Shown here: in pieces, positions 49,001-57,702 of the stretch | Layout: every line of letters starts with the position of its first letter | Numbering within the stretch: position 1 is the first letter of the stretch | Source: an uncultured Anaerolineaceae bacterium | GTDB lineage: Bacteria; Chloroflexota; Anaerolineae; Anaerolineales; E44-bin32 | Length of the DNA: 64,000 bases | Assembly: GCA_964591485.1 (NCBI GenBank) | Contig: CAZQDE010000005.1 | Location: 6,625 to 70,624, forward strand | Reading direction: 5' to 3' | Made by a program: the position numbers and the translations under genes | The notes under the pieces: generated by a model | What the model was told of the DNA's origin: nothing | What the model saw: the letters and a program-made list of their open reading frames with translations, nothing else | Databases searched by the model: none

Positions 49001-49661
49001 TCTCCCGCACGCTCATGAAGGTCACACGGGCAACTTGCGCAATGGGACGCGCCGCCAGCACCAACATGGGCAAGACCAGATGCTCATCCCAGCCGAATCC
49101 ACCCACTGGAAGGAGCCGGTACCCAAGCGTCTGGGTGGAGCGAATGACCAGGCGCTGCAGGATGAAAGCCGCGAAGAAGCTCGGGGTGGAAATGCCGGCG
49201 ATGGAGAGCAGCAATATGAGCAAGGACCAGCCGGCCCGGCGTGCCCTCCCCGCCGCGATTCCCAGCAGGCCACCGATAAGCGTCGCCGCCAGGAGCGAGA
49301 GGCCCAGCAGGCCGAAGCTCCGCGAGAGCATGGCCGGGAAGGCCTCGCGGACGGGGATGGGATTCAGCGTGCTGCTGGCCGCGGTCGAGAGGCCCAGTTC
49401 GCCCGTGAGGACATTTATGATGGATTCGAGCGTGCGGCTGGCTGCGAGCTCGAAGGCTGCTTGCGCGCCAAGGTCACGCGCCATCGCCAGGCCAAAATGG
49501 GTCAGGTAAACGATCGCGAGCAAGATGATGGCGCCCGAGATAAGCCGGCGGCCGAGGTAGCCAATCCAACCCGTGAGGGCGCGTAGCCGCTCCGCGTCCA
49601 CACCGGTCAACCGCAGGATTTGCTTGGATGTCTGAGGTGATTCCGGCTCTTTTGACACCAC
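46032..49661 (-). CDS. Fusion protein: OppB/DppB-like permease + OppC/DppC-like permease + extra TM helix + PA/M28-peptidase-like extracytoplasmic domain (1209 aa)
   Basis: Uninterrupted ORF with a GTG start preceded by GAGGAG. The B-like part (about aa 30-327, nt ~48681-49661) has EQDYVRTAWSKGL..RNAAIPIVT and DVLYRLLDPRLRG. The C-like part (about aa 400-693, nt ~47583-48464) has GTDLLGRDVKS, ITKHVLPNLVP and FNLFGEGMRRL. A further TM covers aa ~706-722. The ectodomain (aa ~735-1209, nt ~46035-47460) has GANDNASGVAVLLEAIR in an M28-like context. Confidence 0.8.
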   Translation of the reverse strand: MVSKEPESPQTSKQILRLTGVDAERLRALTGWIGYLGRRLISGAIILLAIVYLTHFGLAMARDLGAQAAFELAASRTLESIINVLTGELGLSTAASSTLNPIPVREAFPAMLSRSFGLLGLSLLAATLIGGLLGIAAGRARRAGWSLLILLLSIAGISTPSFFAAFILQRLVIRSTQTLGYRLLPVGGFGWDEHLVLPMLVLAARPIAQVARVTFMSVREIYEQDYVRTAWSKGLGPRWVMWKHVMRNAAIPIVTTVGLSLRFSLSSLPVVEAFFGWSGLGFYLLRGISQQDDNLTVILVLCLGALFIVVNLMLDVLYRLLDPRLRGTVDRVGLEERMALREWLRELGAGLVGLLRENPLTRWLRRRNAPRSESPFKAILARRETQGLETHLQEPRPKPLLRSILVNLPLILGGLTVAGLLVVTLWGHKLAPRNPYTTLGLQIVDGEFLIPPFEPGEEYVWGTDLLGRDVKSLVMAGAWQTMRLAAAVVAVRLTVGFILGALAGWRRDSWLDRAIMGLAETLFAYPPLLLAMVLILAMGIRRGFMPFLVALGLIGWGEIMQYVRGEVLAMRPKTFIESAIAIGRGTSGIITKHVLPNLVPTLLSLAALEMGAVLMILGELGFVGVFIGGGAYAELIIDAPPYHYSDVPEWAALLSNVRLYAQSYPWTAFYPATAFFLAILAFNLFGEGMRRLVTEEGVRLHRVFNRYSLAAVVVFVAGATWLRGSTGSISIYRERAEAFSGANALRTVEALTTPAVEGRALGTLGPQVAAQWIADQFENLGLQPAGQRGTYFLTRQREFESLDAVPCLVVDDGGGPPVYGRDYNAFAAPFRSLGAVLGPVRVMAFGDPTRTRFYGYYPAMQDLSFEDEILMVLSPDDIVYLHEIPHAGALVVAEDPRDLQRNFTLSPRSARARIYGTGREIGRETPVLMISEGLANRILERTGETVQSLRSQASRLVQDEIMQVETGVDVGMQVEGTIYEKEPMQHVIGHWPGEAATGATKMDERLIVVMAKYDAPPLPPDGEVPQGANDNASGVAVLLEAIRVMQESGYQPKRTFLFVAYSGEGMESGLPVPRPEVSRLLQAKAGFARNLVPEAVVELRGLGAGEGAGIELLSGGSLRLADLFEDVTRRLGLPISMRSDDIDLSAVYRQGSSRESAEEAPRILVSWEGWEQDSLTNADVVEKISEEKLERAGKAVALALMIMGREIDY

Positions 49662-49782
49662 GGTGATTCCAACTCCTCAGCGAACTTCAACACGGCTGCT
49701 TTGCAAGGCATGCCGCGCGCTCGACCGCGCAATGCGTTCTCATCCCAACGCAGCCACTGCCAGCCTCCGCTCTCTTAAAAGA

Positions 49783-50718
49783 TTATGGATGGGCAGGCTC
49801 CCAGCGCGGATGGAAATCGTCGCCCGGGTGATGGGTCAGGCGCTGCACATCGGACCCATCCGCGTTCATGACATAGATTTCGATGTTGCCATCCCGGTCG
49901 GAGGTGAAGGCTATCTTCGAGCCATCAGGCGACCAGTCCGGGTCGCCATCGTTAGCGGGGTGATGGGTGATGTTGATCGGTTCCCCATCGCTCTCGAGGT
50001 CGAAGATATAGATCTCCATATTCCCTTCGCGATCGCTCATAAAGGCGATCTTGCCGCCATCCGGCGACCAAGCCGGATTGAGATCGCGGGCCGGATTCTG
50101 CGTTAGGTTCTGCACCTGCTCCTCATCGAGCAGGAGATAGATCTCGGAATTGCCATCCCGGACGGTCATGAACACGATCTGCTTGCCATCCGGAGACCAG
50201 GAGCCATACATATCCAGCCCCAGTTGGCCGGTGATGCGTTCAACCTCCCCACTCCCGTAGTCGATGGCCCACAGTTTGGGATTGTCGGGAATACGCACTT
50301 CACCGCCTTCCATAGGTATGGAGTAGCTGCGATTCGAGGCGAAGAGGATCCGCTGCCCATCCGGAGACCATTCGGGGACGACGTTAAAGCCGCCGCCATC
50401 CGTCAGTTGCTCCACCTGGGAGCCATCGACGGACATGACGAATATCTCGGGGTTGCCGGTACGCTCGGAGGTGAAGGCGATGCGCTGGCCATCCGGCGAC
50501 CATGCCGGAGTGCCGTCATAACCCTCGTTTTGGGTCAGGTTGATCAGCTCGGACCCATCTTCGTTCATGAGATAGACTTCAGCGTTGCCATCCCGATACG
50601 TCTCGAAGGCGATGCGCCGATTCTCCGGTGCCGCCTGGTTCCGGGAACAGGCCGCGAGCATCAACGCCAGCCCCACGGCGACGGCCCCAGCCCCTCGGTG
50701 CGAACCCAAAAGCTTCAT
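49783..50718 (-). CDS. PD40/TolB-like beta-propeller lipoprotein
   Basis: Signal peptide with lipobox MKLLGSHRGAGAVAVGLALMLAAC. Five clear WSPDG(x)(K/R)I(A/L/V)F repeats are separated by DG(N/S)xE(I/V)(Y/F) motifs. I chose the ATG at 50718 with AGAGGGAAG upstream. Confidence 0.85.
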   Translation of the reverse strand: MKLLGSHRGAGAVAVGLALMLAACSRNQAAPENRRIAFETYRDGNAEVYLMNEDGSELINLTQNEGYDGTPAWSPDGQRIAFTSERTGNPEIFVMSVDGSQVEQLTDGGGFNVVPEWSPDGQRILFASNRSYSIPMEGGEVRIPDNPKLWAIDYGSGEVERITGQLGLDMYGSWSPDGKQIVFMTVRDGNSEIYLLLDEEQVQNLTQNPARDLNPAWSPDGGKIAFMSDREGNMEIYIFDLESDGEPINITHHPANDGDPDWSPDGSKIAFTSDRDGNIEIYVMNADGSDVQRLTHHPGDDFHPRWEPAHP

Positions 50719-50818
50719 GCGCTTCCCTCTTAGCAAAAGGCTCGGCGCAGCCGAAAGGCCCCCGAGCCTTGAGCATTCCTCGCGAACGTTCCGATGCTAT
50801 GCTGCCTTTATCCGCCCC

Positions 50819-51862
50819 TTAGACCTCTCCCCGAAGCCGAGGATCGAAGGCGTCCCGGAGGCCGTCGCCGAGGAAATTGAAGGCCAGCGTCGTGAGCGTC
50901 AGGGCAACGGCAGGCACGAAGACCTCGTGGGGATAGGTTCGCAGCGCCTGATAGGTCTCTGAGATCATGATGCCCCAGCTAGGCGTGGGCGGGTTTACGC
51001 CCAGGCCAATGAAGCTCAGGAAGGCCTCCAGGAAGATATAGCCGGGGATCTGAAGCGTCTCGTAGACCACGCACGGACCCAGGATATTGGGCAGCAAGTG
51101 GCGCCCGATGATGCGCCAGTTGGAGGCGCCAACCATCCGGGCGGCTTCCACAAACTCCATCTCCTTGTACTGCAACGTTTGGCCACGGGCGATGCGAGCC
51201 ATGCCCAGCCAGTTCAGCAGGCCGATGGCGATGAACAGGAAGAAAATCCCGCCCATGGCCCGGTCGATATTGATCAGAGTTCCAGCCAGACCCTCGCCAC
51301 CGCCATGGCGGGAGAGAGCCTTGAAGTAGACCTGCATCAAGATGATGAAGATGATGATCGGGAATCCATAAAGGAAGTCCACGAAACGCATCATCAGGTT
51401 GTCGGTCCGCGTGCTGGAGTAGCCTGAGATAAGCCCGTAGGTAATGCCGACGATCAGGCTCACCGTGGCGGCGACGATCGCCACGGCCAGGGAGACGCGC
51501 GCCGCATACAACGTGCGGCTCAGGATATCCCGGCCCAGATAATCCACGCCGAAGATGTAGAAATCCCCCTCCTCAGTCCGTGTGAACAGACCTTCATTGG
51601 GGTGGAGAAAATCCACTTCGGCGTAGTGGTAGGGCGCCAACAAAGGTTCAGGCTTCCCACCGGTGAAGATCGTGAAAATCGAGGTGTCCACGAAGATCGC
51701 CACCAGCGTGAGCAGGATGAGGAAGATGCCGCTGGCCACAGCCAGACGGTTGCGCAGAAGCTGGCGCCATGCATCCTTCAGCGGGCTGCGACCAGCCCGC
51801 AGTTCCTCCTCGGGCTTGAGCGCCTCGGGGCCTGAGCCCTGGGATGAGTTCTCAGCCGTCAT
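50819..51862 (-). CDS. Opp/Dpp-type ABC transporter permease (C-type)
   Basis: FGVDYLGRDILSRTLYAARVSL, ARMVGASNWRIIGRHLLPNILGP and FNFLGDGLRDAFDPRLRG. GGAGG lies upstream of the ATG. Confidence 0.9.
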   Translation of the reverse strand: MTAENSSQGSGPEALKPEEELRAGRSPLKDAWRQLLRNRLAVASGIFLILLTLVAIFVDTSIFTIFTGGKPEPLLAPYHYAEVDFLHPNEGLFTRTEEGDFYIFGVDYLGRDILSRTLYAARVSLAVAIVAATVSLIVGITYGLISGYSSTRTDNLMMRFVDFLYGFPIIIFIILMQVYFKALSRHGGGEGLAGTLINIDRAMGGIFFLFIAIGLLNWLGMARIARGQTLQYKEMEFVEAARMVGASNWRIIGRHLLPNILGPCVVYETLQIPGYIFLEAFLSFIGLGVNPPTPSWGIMISETYQALRTYPHEVFVPAVALTLTTLAFNFLGDGLRDAFDPRLRGEV

Positions 51863-51907
51863 TCAACCTCCAAGTCCATGGATTGGGTTTGGAGCCGGCC
51901 AACCGGC

Positions 51908-52882
51908 TCAGTCGTAGCGGATTCTCGGGTCCAGCCAGGCGTAGGTGACGTCCACCACAAGGTTGGCGATGACCAAGAGAACCGAGTAGAGCAGCGTGAC
52001 ACCCATGACGATGGGATAGTCGCGATTGTTAACACTATCGACGAAGTGCTGCCCCATGCCGCTGATCCCGAAAATCTGTTCGACCACAAAGGTGCCAGTT
52101 ACGATGGCGGCGAACAACGGGCCGATGATCGTCACAACCGGGATCAGCGCATTCTTCATGGCGTGCACCCAGATCACCACCCGTTCCTTGAGCCCCTTGG
52201 CGCGCGCCGTGCGGATGTAGTCCTCGCGGATGACTTGCAGCAAGCTGGCGCGCGTCAGCCGTGCGATCGACGCCGAGATGCCTGTGCCCAGTGCAACCGT
52301 CGGCATGGCCGCGTGGAGCCAGAAATCGGCCGTCAGGGGCGGCAAGATGCCGAAGATGAACTGGGTGTAATCGGCGCCCCAGCGCGCCACAGGAAACCAA
52401 CCCAATCTCAGGCCGAAGATCCATACCAAGAACGGCGCCAAGACGACATTCGGGATCGATACGCCCAGGATGGCCACAAAGGAGCTGACATAGTCCAGCG
52501 ACTTATTGTGGTTCAGGGCCGCGATCGTGCCCGCCGGGATCCCTATCGCCAGACCCAGCAGCATGGAGAGGATGCCAAGTTGGAAGGACACCGGGAAGGT
52601 CTGCCGCAGGATATCCTGCACCATCAGCGACCGATACCGGAAGGAGGGCCCCAGATCGCCACGCAGGAGATCCAGCACCCATTGGCCGTATTGGCGCCAG
52701 ACAGGCCAATCGAGGTGGTATTTCTTCTCGAGATTAGCGACTACGCTGGCCGGGATGGTGCGATCCCCAGCGAAGTCGAACGGGCCACCCGGCATCGCTC
52801 GCGCCAGGACAAAAGTTACCAGGGTGATGCCAATAAGAACGGGAATAAACCAAAGAATTCTGCGGATGATGTAACGGGTCAT
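51908..52882 (-). CDS. Opp/Dpp-type ABC transporter permease (B-type)
   Basis: MTRYIIRRILWFIPVLIGITLVTF, REDYIRTARAKGLKERVVIWVHAMKNALIPVVT and VDVTYAWLDPRIRY. I chose the ATG at 52882. Confidence 0.9.
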   Translation of the reverse strand: MTRYIIRRILWFIPVLIGITLVTFVLARAMPGGPFDFAGDRTIPASVVANLEKKYHLDWPVWRQYGQWVLDLLRGDLGPSFRYRSLMVQDILRQTFPVSFQLGILSMLLGLAIGIPAGTIAALNHNKSLDYVSSFVAILGVSIPNVVLAPFLVWIFGLRLGWFPVARWGADYTQFIFGILPPLTADFWLHAAMPTVALGTGISASIARLTRASLLQVIREDYIRTARAKGLKERVVIWVHAMKNALIPVVTIIGPLFAAIVTGTFVVEQIFGISGMGQHFVDSVNNRDYPIVMGVTLLYSVLLVIANLVVDVTYAWLDPRIRYD

Positions 52883-52982
52883 TTCACTCCCTGCGGCAAA
52901 GCGTTTGTCATGTGGAGCCCGGTGGGCGAAGGGCGGGCTGGTGGCCAGGGAGCCCCTAACCACCAGCCCTGCCGGTAGATCG

Positions 52983-54845
52983 CTACCTCATCGCCGCCGT
53001 CTTGGCGTCCATATCCAGAGTCCACTGGAAGAGCGACAACTGGATCGGATCATAGGACCGATGCAGCCACGGTTTGGTGACGTTCACGGTCGTGTAGAAG
53101 TACATGGGAGCGATGCCGACGATCTCATCGACGAGCAATTGCTCGGCTCGCTTGTAGAGCGCCTTGGCTTCCTCTTCGTCAGCGACCTGCGCGGCCTTAG
53201 TGGTCTCGTCGTATTCCTTGACCAGATCACCGACCTGCGGGTCGTCGTAGCTCAGGCGGATGCGGTTGGCGCCTTCTTCGGTGTTGAAGACCTCATGCAA
53301 CCAGTTGTTGGCGTGCGGGTAGTCTCCACACCAGCCGAGGCGGAACACGTGCGGCACGTCCTCGATCGCCGTGGTGGCACGGATCGTGTCGAGGTAGACG
53401 CGCCACTCCTGCGTCTCAATGCTGACCGTCATCCCGGGGAAGGCTTCCTGCCACATGGCCTGGACGGCCTGGGCGATGCGGGCGTGGCCCTCGCTGACAT
53501 TGTGCATCAACAGGATGTCCAGACCCTCGCCATCCGGGTAGCCAGCCTCGGCGAGCAACGCGCTGGCCTCTTCCTTCGCCTTGGCGTAGCCCCAGCCGCC
53601 CATGTCCTCAGGCAGCGCCCAGGGCGCGATCTCAGGATCGCCGCCCCAGGAGCCGAAGTTGAGCGGGTTGGTGAAGGCGTTGGCCGGAATCTGGCCGCCC
53701 TTCAGTACCGCATCGACCAGCGTCTTGCGGTCGATGCCCATGGAGAGCGCCTTGCGCACCTTGACATCGTTCACCGGAGCCTTCTCGGTGACAAAGCCGT
53801 AGTAGTAGGTGCAGTTGACCGGTGAGTTTACGAATTCCTTGCTCAGCACGGGATCGGCCTTCACGCGGTCGATCTGATCGGAGGGCACACCGGAGGTGTC
53901 GATCTCGTTGTTCTCATACATGGCGAAGGTGGTGGAGTCCTCCTCGATCATGTAGCCAACGAGCTGCTCGATGTTGCCCGAGCCGTAGTCGGTGCCCCAG
54001 TAGGGCCAGAAGGGGTTCTTGGCCAGGTTCATGTGATCGCCGTGAACCCACTCGGTCATCACGTAGGCTCCATTGGTCACGATGAAACCCGGCTCGATCC
54101 AGCGGTCACCCTTCTCTTCGATGATGGGCTGGTAGACCGGGAACAGGTTGGCCATCGTGGTGACCTGCGGGAAGTAGCCAGCGCCGTAGGCCAGGGTGAT
54201 CTTCACGGTGTAGTCGTCCAGGGCCTCCACGCCCATGGCATCATACACTTCCTGGAAGTTCTCGGCCTCGGGATCGGTCGTGTTTAGCTCCTCGCAGCCG
54301 GAGATGACGTAGAGCAGCCAGGCGTAGTCGGAGGCGGTGTTGGGATCGCAGACGCGCTTGATGCCATAGACCACATCGTGCGCATTCACCATCCGCGGGT
54401 TGCCCTCGTCATCCAGCACCTGCTCGACCTCGCCGGCGGTGGGGTTGTAGCGGACCCAGGGCACGTCATCGCGCAGATGGAACGTCCACTCGATCTTATC
54501 CTCGGTGGCCTCCCAGCTCTCAGCTAAGGCAGGGATAGCCTGCTTGGTCTCGAGATCGATGTCCGTCAGCCCCATGAAAATGGAGTCGATCACCGAGGAG
54601 GAGGTGGTGTCCGTCGTCAACGCCGGATCTGCGGTCGGCGGCTCGGTGCCCCAGTTGTAGTGAACGGTGACGGGCATCGGGCCAGCGGCCTCCGGCGTCG
54701 CGGTGACGACCCTCTCAACGACCTCACCCTCGACGACCTCTGTGACCACCACGGTCTTCACGACTTCCTGCGGCGCGCCGCAGGCAGCCAGAATCATGCT
54801 GGCAGCCACGCCGATGGCCATCAAAGTAAATAGCTTTCGCTTCAT
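52983..54845 (-). CDS. ABC transporter substrate-binding lipoprotein, family 5 (peptide/nickel type)
   Basis: Lipoprotein signal MKRKLFTLMAIGVAASMILAAC. The ~600-aa body shows family-5 features (GTEPPTADPAL...; ...NPFWPYWG...). I chose the ATG at 54845, preceded by GGAGAAGAGG. Confidence 0.88.
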   Translation of the reverse strand: MKRKLFTLMAIGVAASMILAACGAPQEVVKTVVVTEVVEGEVVERVVTATPEAAGPMPVTVHYNWGTEPPTADPALTTDTTSSSVIDSIFMGLTDIDLETKQAIPALAESWEATEDKIEWTFHLRDDVPWVRYNPTAGEVEQVLDDEGNPRMVNAHDVVYGIKRVCDPNTASDYAWLLYVISGCEELNTTDPEAENFQEVYDAMGVEALDDYTVKITLAYGAGYFPQVTTMANLFPVYQPIIEEKGDRWIEPGFIVTNGAYVMTEWVHGDHMNLAKNPFWPYWGTDYGSGNIEQLVGYMIEEDSTTFAMYENNEIDTSGVPSDQIDRVKADPVLSKEFVNSPVNCTYYYGFVTEKAPVNDVKVRKALSMGIDRKTLVDAVLKGGQIPANAFTNPLNFGSWGGDPEIAPWALPEDMGGWGYAKAKEEASALLAEAGYPDGEGLDILLMHNVSEGHARIAQAVQAMWQEAFPGMTVSIETQEWRVYLDTIRATTAIEDVPHVFRLGWCGDYPHANNWLHEVFNTEEGANRIRLSYDDPQVGDLVKEYDETTKAAQVADEEEAKALYKRAEQLLVDEIVGIAPMYFYTTVNVTKPWLHRSYDPIQLSLFQWTLDMDAKTAAMR

Positions 54846-54995
54846 GGCGTCCTCTTCTCCTTCCAAAGAGTTTCGCTTCGCAACGGCTTTTCTCGATGTT
54901 CGCTTTTCTTCTCCTTGCCTTCTGCGATGGCTTCACCTCCTTTCATCACATCATCTCCATCCTTGAATAGCTTCCCTGATCCCCCTCCGGAACCC

Positions 54996-55979
54996 TCAAA
55001 CCAAGTGGCAGGCCACCCAATGGTCCGGGGCGACCTCGCGCCACTCGGGCTCCACCTCTTTGCAGACATCGACCGCCAGCGGGCAGCGCGGATGGAACCG
55101 GCAGCCGCGCGGCGGGTTGGCGGGGCTGGGCACGTCACCCTCCAGGATGATCCGCTGGCGCTTGGCCTCCTTCAACGGATCCGGGATCGGAACCGCGCTC
55201 AGCAAGGCCTGCGTGTAAGGGTGCAACGGGTGGGAGTAGAGCTCATCTCGCGTGGCCAGCTCCACCACCTTGCCCAGATACATCACCGCCGTCCGGTCCG
55301 AGATATGGCGGACCATGCTCAGGTCGTGGGCGATGAACAGATACGTCAACCCGAAGGTCGCCTGCAATTCCTCGAGAAGATTCACGACTTGCGCCTGAAT
55401 AGAGACATCCAGGGCCGAGATCGGCTCGTCACAAACGATGAACTCGGGCTGCAGGGCCAATGCCCGGGCCACGCCGATGCGCTGGCGCTGTCCACCACTG
55501 AATTCATGCGGATAGCGATTCACAAAGTGGGGGCTCATACCGACGAGCTGCAGCAATTCCTGCACCCGTTCCCGCCGCTCTCGGGCGTTTCCGATTCCAT
55601 GCACTTCGAGCGGCTCGGCGATGATGGCACCGACAGTGAGGCGAGGATTCAAGGATGCATAGGGGTCTTGAAAGATCATCTGCATGTTGCGCCGCATGCG
55701 GCGCAGCGCCTCACCCTTCAGTGTAGTCAGGTCCATATCGCCATAGTAGACCTTGCCCGCCGTGGGCCGGTAGAGCTGGAGAATGGTGCGGCCAGTGGTC
55801 GACTTCCCACAACCGCTCTCGCCTACCAGGCCCAGCGTCTCGCCCTTGCGGATCTCGAAGGAAACGTTATCGACCGCCTGAACCGCTCCGACCTGGCGCT
55901 GGATCACGATGCCGCGCGTGATTGGAAAATGCTTGGTCAGGTGATCCACCCGAATGAGGGTTCCATTTGAACTGGTCAT
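54996..55979 (-). CDS. Opp/Dpp-type ABC transporter ATP-binding protein (F-type)
   Basis: Walker [10 protein letters not shown], signature FSGGQRQR and Walker [13 protein letters not shown], with a C-terminal CRFHPRC motif. It overlaps the upstream ATPase gene by 4 nt. Confidence 0.92.
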   Translation of the reverse strand: MTSSNGTLIRVDHLTKHFPITRGIVIQRQVGAVQAVDNVSFEIRKGETLGLVGESGCGKSTTGRTILQLYRPTAGKVYYGDMDLTTLKGEALRRMRRNMQMIFQDPYASLNPRLTVGAIIAEPLEVHGIGNARERRERVQELLQLVGMSPHFVNRYPHEFSGGQRQRIGVARALALQPEFIVCDEPISALDVSIQAQVVNLLEELQATFGLTYLFIAHDLSMVRHISDRTAVMYLGKVVELATRDELYSHPLHPYTQALLSAVPIPDPLKEAKRQRIILEGDVPSPANPPRGCRFHPRCPLAVDVCKEVEPEWREVAPDHWVACHLV

Positions 55980-56965
55980 CGCAACTCCCCGGTCTCGATA
56001 TCAACCCAGCAGGCAATCCGGTGGTCAGAATTGATATCTACCAATTGGGGATTAGCCTGCCAGCATTTGTCTTTCACGAACATGCAGCGCGGCGCGAAGG
56101 GACAGCCGGTGGGGAATTCGTAGTTCTCGGGCGGAAGGCCCTCGATCGACATCAACTTCTCGCCCGGGCTTCCATCCATGCGGGGGAGGCTTTTTAGAAG
56201 CGCGAAGGTATAGGGATGGCGCGGGTTACCGTAGACCTCTGCGATCGGCGCCTCCTCCACGATGAAGCCTGCGTACATCACGATCACACGATCCGCTAGC
56301 CCTGCGACCACGCCCAGGTCGTGCGTGATCCAGATCAGCGACATGCCGAACTGGTCCCTGAGCCGCTTCACCAGATCGACGATCTGGGCCTGGATGGTCA
56401 CATCGAGCGCTGTGGTGGGTTCATCGGCGATCAGCAGGGCCGGATTGCACGCCAGGGACATGGCGATCATCGCACGCTGGCGCATCCCGCCACTGAATTG
56501 ATGCGGGTAATCGTCCAGCCGGGCGCGGGCTTCCGGGATGCCGACCAGATGAAGCAGCTCCGCGGCTCGCTCCCGGGCCTCATCCTCGCTCATGCCCAGG
56601 TGCACACGCAGCGGCTCCATGATCTGGAACCCGATGGTCAACACGGGGTTCAGGCTGGTCATGGGGTCCTGGAAGATCATGGCGATTTGAGAGCCGCGGA
56701 TATCGCGCATCTCGTCCTCGCTGACCTTGGTGATATCGCGATCCCCAAAATAGATGCTCTCGGCTTGAACCTCGCCCGGAGGCTGAGGGATCAAACGCAT
56801 CACCGATAAAACAGAGACGCTCTTGCCGCAGCCACTTTCGCCGACGATACCGAGCGTCTCCCCCTCCTCTACATGGAATGAAACCCCATTCACCGCGTAG
56901 ACTGTTCCGTCTTGGGTGTGAAAGCGGGTTTGCAGATCGTTGACATCTAGGACTTTCGGCGCCAA
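55976..56965 (-). CDS. Opp/Dpp-type ABC transporter ATP-binding protein (D-type)
   Basis: Walker A GESGCGKS, signature FSGGMRQR and Walker [13 protein letters not shown], with a C-terminal CPFAPRC motif. The TTG start at 56965 is preceded by GGAGAGGAG. Confidence 0.92.
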   Translation of the reverse strand: MAPKVLDVNDLQTRFHTQDGTVYAVNGVSFHVEEGETLGIVGESGCGKSVSVLSVMRLIPQPPGEVQAESIYFGDRDITKVSEDEMRDIRGSQIAMIFQDPMTSLNPVLTIGFQIMEPLRVHLGMSEDEARERAAELLHLVGIPEARARLDDYPHQFSGGMRQRAMIAMSLACNPALLIADEPTTALDVTIQAQIVDLVKRLRDQFGMSLIWITHDLGVVAGLADRVIVMYAGFIVEEAPIAEVYGNPRHPYTFALLKSLPRMDGSPGEKLMSIEGLPPENYEFPTGCPFAPRCMFVKDKCWQANPQLVDINSDHRIACWVDIETGELR

Positions 56966-57342
56966 GTTGATGTACTCCTCTCCGATTGGAATCGTACTCT
57001 TCCCGAAGGCGGCTTCAAAGGGCCAGCTTCGGGGCCACCCCTTGGATTAACGAAGAATGCGGGCTAGCAAGGGTGCGGAAGGGCTCGATCCGTCTTCCCC
57101 TCCCTCCCTCCGGGCCGCGTCCGGCCGGGCCAAAGGCCCAGCCCAGACCGCAGCGAGCAGCAGGGGCCCTCCTCAAGGTTGCGAGCATCATTGTTGATCG
57201 TTCGCCAAACTCATCCGTCCCCGGATACGGGACCTGACCCATGCTGCTCAGATCAGATCCTCTTCAACCCTCAAAGATACCGGCCCTTGCCAGCGGCAGC
57301 GCCGCCGACTGCCGTCTCTCGCCCGGCCCAAGGGCCGGGACG

Positions 57343-57702
57343 CTAGAAGACAAAGCTGAAGAGTCCCACCCCTAGTGATACCGTGCCTTGCGTAAGGAAG
57401 CGCTCCGGCAGCGGAGCAGCTTGGGGGCGCCGGCTCGTGAGGCCTGCGTCGCCCGCCGGCAAGTATAGCACAGGCTGCATGGCCATATCAACCGGCATGA
57501 GAATGATTGTATAGAGCACCCACCGCAGCAACTCCTGCAGCCCGCGGGGCCTTCCCGGCGCGGCCAAGGAAATCGGCCCGGCTGCGCGCTGCAGCAAGCC
57601 CTCACGCCCATAGCGGGGCAGTGGGATCGATGAAACCCAGGCCTTCAGCAGGTGGCTCAAATGGCGGTCTATGGGATCGGATCCGGGATCAACCTGCTTC
57701 AT
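57343..57702 (-). CDS. Hypothetical membrane protein immediately downstream of an ECF sigma gene (possible anti-sigma factor)
   Basis: The ORF overlaps the sigma gene end by 14 nt if it starts at the ATG at 57702 (MKQVDPGSD...). Hydrophobic segments are LLRWVLYTIILMPVDMAMQPVLYL and VSLGVGLFSFVF. There is no recognisable anti-sigma motif, and the start is uncertain (the track gives 57738). Confidence 0.4.
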   Translation of the reverse strand: MKQVDPGSDPIDRHLSHLLKAWVSSIPLPRYGREGLLQRAAGPISLAAPGRPRGLQELLRWVLYTIILMPVDMAMQPVLYLPAGDAGLTSRRPQAAPLPERFLTQGTVSLGVGLFSFVF

